In this document: piece by piece, positions 58,958 through 64,000 of the stretch
Layout of the letters: each line of letters begins with the position of its first letter
Numbering within the stretch: position 1 is the stretch's first letter
Origin: Spirochaetia bacterium
GTDB lineage: Bacteria > Spirochaetota > Spirochaetia > DSM-2461
Assembly (NCBI GenBank): GCA_963668315.1
Contig: OY764216.1
Span: 3,232,001 to 3,296,000, forward strand
DNA: 64,000 bases
Reading direction: 5' to 3'
Notes under the pieces: generated by a model
Told to the model about the DNA's origin: nothing
Seen by the model: the letters and a program-made list of their open reading frames with translations, nothing else
The model's database searches: none
Translations under genes and position numbers: made by a program

Positions 58958-60141
58958 AAGATATAGAGAAAATACCCAACTGGATAACTGATAAGGTTGA
59001 GCTGGCCGAATCATGCTGGCCCAGGGCGGGAGGAGACAGGGCAAATCGTTCCCATGTTTCTATTCCCGGGCCGGATAAGGGAGAAATAATAAAAGAGATT
59101 GAACTGCCCATAGAGGAGAACGAGGACTTTTTCAGAGGAGTGTGGGGCTGCGTTGTCACGGATCACAATGACTTAAGGGTGCTTTACCGTGGCGTTTTAA
59201 CTGCGTTGACTATGGAGGGAGATCTCCTGTGGTATGTCAGGTTGAGTGATATTCCCGATATGGTTCCCGGTTACCAATTATGTCCTGTTGCCATAAAGGA
59301 TGGAGGTTGTCTCGTTCCATTAGAGAATGGAATCGTTATCCTGGATAATCAGGGGAAAATGTTTTCCAGATCGATTTTCGAAAAATCTCCATAGCCGATG
59401 ATATTCCCATTATCATTCTTGATGCTGATAATGACTCCGATGATGTTATGCACAACCATCGCTTTATATTGGAGGATACTCCGAATATTACAGAAGGGGG
59501 GGATATTATTGTCTCCGGTTGTTTTTTGGGTAATGTATTGCGGATTAATCAATCGGGAGTAAAAAATCTTGGCAATTTCGGCTATGACATTCCTTCGGTC
59601 GCCATTTATCCCGATAATTCGATGGCAATTTCCGGTTATTACCGTGCCGGTTTCTGCCGGGTAGACCGAGAGGGTAAAAAAGTATGGTCTACTCCTTTAG
59701 CGTATGCCGATTGTCTCCCGACAATCAATCGGAATAATGTAGCCGTCGTTGGCTCTCTTAATGATGGACTTTCTTCTTTTTTTACTGCAGAGGGATCACA
59801 AATCGGCAGCTATCATCGAACGGCTGTTTTCTCTGAGTATTCTCAGGATTTCTGGATTGCCCGGTCTGAGGAATATTGCAAAACTTTCTATTGACGGACA
59901 GGAGATCTGGGGGGGAGAACTCAGTGATGATGTGTCATTCAAAAATTACAAACCTATTGTCGACGGGACCGGTCGTATCTATGTCTTGGATAGTGATCAG
60001 CTTCTTTGTCTTTCTGGAGAAGGTGAGATTGTCTTTTCGCTTGCCTTTACGGAGCAGGAGAAATCCGTGAGAAGTCTCAGTTGTATATCTCCGGGAAGAA
60101 TGGCTCTCATTAATCATGGGAAATTGTTAATTATCGGGTAG
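58954..60141 (+). pseudogene. Doubly frameshifted PQQ/BamB-like beta-propeller gene
   Basis: Three consecutive frames with W-P-x2-GGD-x2-N and repeated G-x3-W blade motifs; frame changes near 59385 and 59876. Confidence 0.6.
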
Positions 60142-60180
60142 TGTTAAGAAGCCGGCAGGCGAACAGGATAAGGGGTATTT

Positions 60181-60516
60181 ATGAATAGGATGAATGAGGA
60201 AACAATAGACAATTTAAGCACTTATTATCATCTTCAATATTTCTTTTTTAACGGTATTGAATTCGTTCTGGATTCCCATAATCGGAAAAATTTTCTTGTT
60301 TATGAGTCATCCGGGGAAGAGAGGGATTTGGGAACAATAACTGCTGATTCCGATGAAGAGCTTCGTGAGAAAACAAGTGCTTTGGTGAAGAAAATGAAAC
60401 ATGACAAGTTTTCAACAGACCGGTGTTGGAGTGAAGAGTGGAGGGATTTATTTGAAGCTGAATCAATGGTTAAATCTGATAATTTATCGAGTCATCATAG
60501 ACAGGGCGGATTCTAG
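60181..60516 (+). CDS. Hypothetical protein
   Basis: 111-aa ORF with AAGGGG SD. Confidence 0.6.
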   Translation: MNRMNEETIDNLSTYYHLQYFFFNGIEFVLDSHNRKNFLVYESSGEERDLGTITADSDEELREKTSALVKKMKHDKFSTDRCWSEEWRDLFEAESMVKSDNLSSHHRQGGF

Positions 60517-60656
60517 TAGATCACCTTTCCGTATGTATAGTATATAACGAATTAAATCCATATAAACGTATTTCTTTACTCCCTGTCGTTGCTGTATCTG
60601 CAACGTTATGAAATCAGAGTATTTATGTCTGAATGTGATTTCGGCGGGAGGCTATT

Positions 60657-61307
60657 ATGAATGAACGGGTTGAAATATTGGTAAATGGTAAGACTTTTAT
60701 CCTGGATTGCAGCGGGCTGGAATCTTACGGGGGAAAATGCGTCGTTATGAAACCGGAGTGGATGGCGGGAGAGGATATCTGGTTGTTCCAGGATGATGAT
60801 CCGGATAATCCCGAATTGTATTATGTAAAAGGGACAGAAATCACATCGATAGGTTATTCTGCCCTGAACGTTGAACTGGAAAGAAGGCTTCATTTCAGAA
60901 CACATCTTGAAGGCGTTTCAAAGGAGGACTTTCTGGAGGAGCTGATTCTTTCAGCAGGGACTTTCTTTATTGAGGAGTGGAAGAGTACTCTGAAGTCAAA
61001 AACATGTGCCGATAAAATGGAAAAATCCCTTGAGGAGCGGGACTCCGAATTTTCTTCCGGTGAATTGATTTTCTTAAAAAGGGTTGTCCGTGAAGAAAAT
61101 GAAAGGCTGGAAGAGAAGATGGAGGAGCACAGTCTGCGCTTTCACAGAATTATTACTTCACTATTTAAAGAAAATACGGGTTTTACCCTGGAAGAGAAAG
61201 AAGTGAAGGCATTGATTCGTCATTGGAATATATACAGGGAATGGGGGATGGAAGAGCTGGTTTCTGATTATGTTTTTCCTCTAAAGATCAACTATGCGGG
61301 ATATTAA
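60657..61307 (+). CDS. Hypothetical protein
   Basis: 216-aa ORF with GGAGG SD; followed by a terminator. Confidence 0.7.
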   Translation: MNERVEILVNGKTFILDCSGLESYGGKCVVMKPEWMAGEDIWLFQDDDPDNPELYYVKGTEITSIGYSALNVELERRLHFRTHLEGVSKEDFLEELILSAGTFFIEEWKSTLKSKTCADKMEKSLEERDSEFSSGELIFLKRVVREENERLEEKMEEHSLRFHRIITSLFKENTGFTLEEKEVKALIRHWNIYREWGMEELVSDYVFPLKINYAGY

Positions 61308-61328
61308 GGTTAATATCCGTTTTTTTTT
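61299..61328 (+). terminator. Intrinsic terminator
   Basis: GGATATTAA-GG-TTAATATCC followed by T9. Confidence 0.65.
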
Positions 61329-61390
61329 AGTTTTTTTACATGACAGACTGGGATGAGTCTTGTAAAATGGTTAAAAAGAATATTAAAAAA

Positions 61391-62317
61391 ATGGATAGAT
61401 TGGAGCGGATAAAACAGATAGAAGAGATTCTCCTGGCCAATAACAAGGGCTGGACCCGGGCGGAACTGGCAAAGCGGTTCGGCGTGGACCGATCCACTGT
61501 AAAGCGGGATATCGACCGCATCCAGGAGAAGGACCTTTTGCCCCTGAGACTGGAGGGAGAGAAAATCTATCTGAACTGTTCCGCTTCGTTGAGCCATATT
61601 CCCATGGACATGCACGAGATGCTGGCCCTTCATCTGGCCACCCGCCTGCTTGTGAGAAAGAGCAGTTTTGCCTCTGAACATTTTATTTCCCTTCTCAGAA
61701 AGATATCCTCTTCCTTTGCGGATCATTCCGAGTTGATAAGCCGGTATATCGGCGATACAGCCGATGGGTTTGAAGAGCTGAATCGGGGGCGGGTGAACCA
61801 CAGGCGCACGGAGAACCTGGAACTGCTGAACCGGGCCTGGGCTGAGCAGAAGAAGGTGAAAATCCAGTACAAGGTTAAGGATACGGTTAAATCCTATACC
61901 TGCGGAATTTACTGCTTTGAACCCTATGCGGACGGAGTTTCGCTTTATGTGATCGCCCAGTGCGACGGGAAGGAACGGCTGAGCCATTTTAAGCTGGAAC
62001 GGATCCAAAACGTTAAGATAACCCGTGAGGGGTATGAGATACCCGTTGATTTTAATCCCCACCGGTATTTCCGGGATTCCTGGGGCATCTGGGTATCCCA
62101 TGAACAGCCGGTACGGGTGCGGCTTAAGTTTAATGCGGACGCGGCTGAGCGGATACGGGAAAACCGGTGGCATGTGTCCGAGGAAATAGAGGAGCTGGGG
62201 GACGGCGGCCTGGTATGGAGCGCCTGGATCAGCGAACCGAAGGAGATGGTGCCCTGGGTGCGGAGCTGGGGGGATCAGGTCGAGGTGCTGGAAGGTATTA
62301 ATATTAAGGTAGATTGA
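61391..62317 (+). CDS. HTH-WYL-WCX transcriptional regulator (last helix apparently replaced)
   Basis: RAELAKRFGVDRSTVKRDI HTH, FKLERI and PWVRSWGDQVEVLE motifs; ATG 61391 preferred over 61340. Confidence 0.88.
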   Translation: MDRLERIKQIEEILLANNKGWTRAELAKRFGVDRSTVKRDIDRIQEKDLLPLRLEGEKIYLNCSASLSHIPMDMHEMLALHLATRLLVRKSSFASEHFISLLRKISSSFADHSELISRYIGDTADGFEELNRGRVNHRRTENLELLNRAWAEQKKVKIQYKVKDTVKSYTCGIYCFEPYADGVSLYVIAQCDGKERLSHFKLERIQNVKITREGYEIPVDFNPHRYFRDSWGIWVSHEQPVRVRLKFNADAAERIRENRWHVSEEIEELGDGGLVWSAWISEPKEMVPWVRSWGDQVEVLEGINIKVD

Positions 62318-63270
62318 CAGTGTTTTTTACAAGTGATTCACAATCGATTTTCAATTATAGAAATTTTATCATGTCTATGGATAAGATCGTTATATTCTCT
62401 CCCTACATAAAAGAGTCAGCCATAAAAACTTTATTAGAGGGTTCTGAAAGTAAGGTAGAGACAATTATTACTACTTGGAAACCTATGGATTTAGCCATAG
62501 GAGTTACTGATCTTAGTATTTATCCCTATTGTAAAAAGTACAATATTCAACTTCTGATAAATAATCGGATCCATTTGAAAAGTATAGTATCAAGAAATTT
62601 TGGAAGTTGTACTATTTCTTCTGCAAATCTAACCAATAAAGGATTAGCATTATCTAATAATTATAATTTTGAACTTGGAACAATTAAGGATAATCTTTCC
62701 ATTGAGGAGAAGTGTTATTTTGATTCGATTATAGATAATTCGATTCTTGTTACAGATGACTATTATATGAGGATTAAAGAACAGGTTGAAAACATACCAG
62801 AAAAGATTCTTGACGTTCCTGAAGAGTTTGTACAACCACCAAAGGAGGAGAGATGTCTATCATCTGAATTGCCATATTTTGATAAACCACAAGATTTATT
62901 TGATGTCATTACTAACAGAGAAAATTACAGTGAAGAAGAAATCCGAAGTGCAATACATGATCTTAGGTTATATAATGTCATTAACGTAAATAATCAACAA
63001 CAGCTAATCACAGTACTGAGGAAAGAATTTAGGAATCATTTCTTTATTAAAGAATTTCTTAAGTTTAATTCTGATGGTAAACGATTTGGAGAATTAACAG
63101 CATGGCTTCATGATAAGATTGAAAACGTCCCTTCCCCAAAACGATATGAAGTGAAAGAATATTTACAGAGAATATATACATATATTGGATATTTACTTGA
63201 GGATGAATTCCAAATAACTATTCCGGGACGTCATTCTCAGGTTTTACAGAGGATAAGTAAATATGAGTGA
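62314..63270 (+). CDS. Phospholipase D-family (single HxK) putative nuclease
   Basis: SPYI, HLK, SSANLT-x2-GL and NFELG motifs; very AT-rich; true start may be ATG 62371. Confidence 0.8.
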   Translation: MTVFFTSDSQSIFNYRNFIMSMDKIVIFSPYIKESAIKTLLEGSESKVETIITTWKPMDLAIGVTDLSIYPYCKKYNIQLLINNRIHLKSIVSRNFGSCTISSANLTNKGLALSNNYNFELGTIKDNLSIEEKCYFDSIIDNSILVTDDYYMRIKEQVENIPEKILDVPEEFVQPPKEERCLSSELPYFDKPQDLFDVITNRENYSEEEIRSAIHDLRLYNVINVNNQQQLITVLRKEFRNHFFIKEFLKFNSDGKRFGELTAWLHDKIENVPSPKRYEVKEYLQRIYTYIGYLLEDEFQITIPGRHSQVLQRISKYE

Positions 63271-64000
63271 TAATATAGGGCAGTATATAAAGAATATCTC
63301 AGTTGGTATATCTGTTGGGATTAGTACAAGAGAAAGAAGAAATGAAATTTATAAAGGTATTGTTAAAAAGTTACTAACAAAAAGTGAGTTTCATACACAT
63401 GGGATAATGGTTGAATTAGTGGATGGAACGATTGGAAGAGTAAAAGAGATTTATTCTTCTAGCGATAAGAATAACGATAACAATAACCCTGAAAAAAAAA
63501 TACCTGAAGAAGAGCTCAATACAAATGAAAAGTTAAATAGTAATAGAACGCCCCAAATGGATTCAATCTCAATAGAAGAGGATGATACAGGTTATTCGTA
63601 TAGAAATTTATTTTACCCTTATATAAAGAATGCAACGGAAGTTGTTCTTGAAGATGCATATATTCGTATGGAACATCAAATAAAAAACCTTGGTTTCTTT
63701 TGTACTTTGTTTAGTGATCAGGATAATAAAATCAAGTTCCATCTTAAGACTAATTCAGATAATTCATTCAAAGAGCAGGAGCAAAAAAGAAAACTTGAAG
63801 AATTAAGAAAAAACCTTGATGAACTGAATATTCTCTTTACTTATGAATTTGATGAGACACTACATGATCGAATTATTCGGACAAATACTGGATGGAAAAT
63901 TATTCTTGGCCGGGGACTAGATATTTATAAAGATCCAGGTTCGTATTATTCTCCAGCAAATTTTGATCAGACAAAGCGGAAGTGTAAAAAAACAGAAATA
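63263..64000 (+). CDS. YwbE(DUF2196)-like + MIT_C (PLD-like) fusion protein, runs off right edge (absent from ORF track)
   Basis: 246 open codons by hand translation. N-terminus: GIVKKLLTKSEFHTHGIMVELVDGTIGRVKEI. Asn-rich linker. C-terminus: TGYSY-x2-LF, EDAYIR-x2-HQIKNL, LHDR-x-I-x-TNTGWKIILGRGLDIY. Confidence 0.8.
   Translation, partial: MSDNIGQYIKNISVGISVGISTRERRNEIYKGIVKKLLTKSEFHTHGIMVELVDGTIGRVKEIYSSSDKNNDNNNPEKKIPEEELNTNEKLNSNRTPQMDSISIEEDDTGYSYRNLFYPYIKNATEVVLEDAYIRMEHQIKNLGFFCTLFSDQDNKIKFHLKTNSDNSFKEQEQKRKLEELRKNLDELNILFTYEFDETLHDRIIRTNTGWKIILGRGLDIYKDPGSYYSPANFDQTKRKCKKTEI

Noticed and set aside
57175..64000. CRISPR-Cas or complete BREX/DISARM locus suggested by the WYL and PLD genes
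   Set aside because: No repeat-spacer array and no cas, pglZ, brxC, helicase or methylase genes inside the window; cannot be excluded beyond the right edge

Overview
Bacterial chromosomal window, probably from an anaerobic free-living spirochaete (inferred from gene types such as the extended AckA, the orphan D12-class methyltransferase and the IS1-like element; not proven). Bases 1 to about 54.8 kb are GC-richer core and metabolic DNA. They carry a partial ligA, GH3 hydrolases, an AT-rich IS-like element, an adenine methyltransferase with a C12 tract, a six-gene glycogen operon, clpB, ackA and two-component/c-di-GMP genes. They also carry a sigma54-driven Nif11-like gene, a beta-oxidation-type cluster that unusually includes an acyl carrier protein and two divergent thiolases, and a TetR-associated lipoprotein flavoenzyme. 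From about 54.8 kb the DNA is AT-richer and accessory: GNAT genes, several gene remnants, and two WYL regulators bracketing unknown genes. At the right edge is a very AT-rich pair encoding a PLD-family nuclease and a YwbE(DUF2196)-MIT_C fusion that the ORF track misses. Best candidates for undescribed systems: (1) the WYL / PLD / YwbE-MIT_C putative defence module, (2) the ACP-containing twin-thiolase fatty-acid pathway, (3) a split eukaryote-like glycogen debranching pair. No rRNA, tRNA or CRISPR array was seen. All family calls come from motif recognition by eye, with no database searches.
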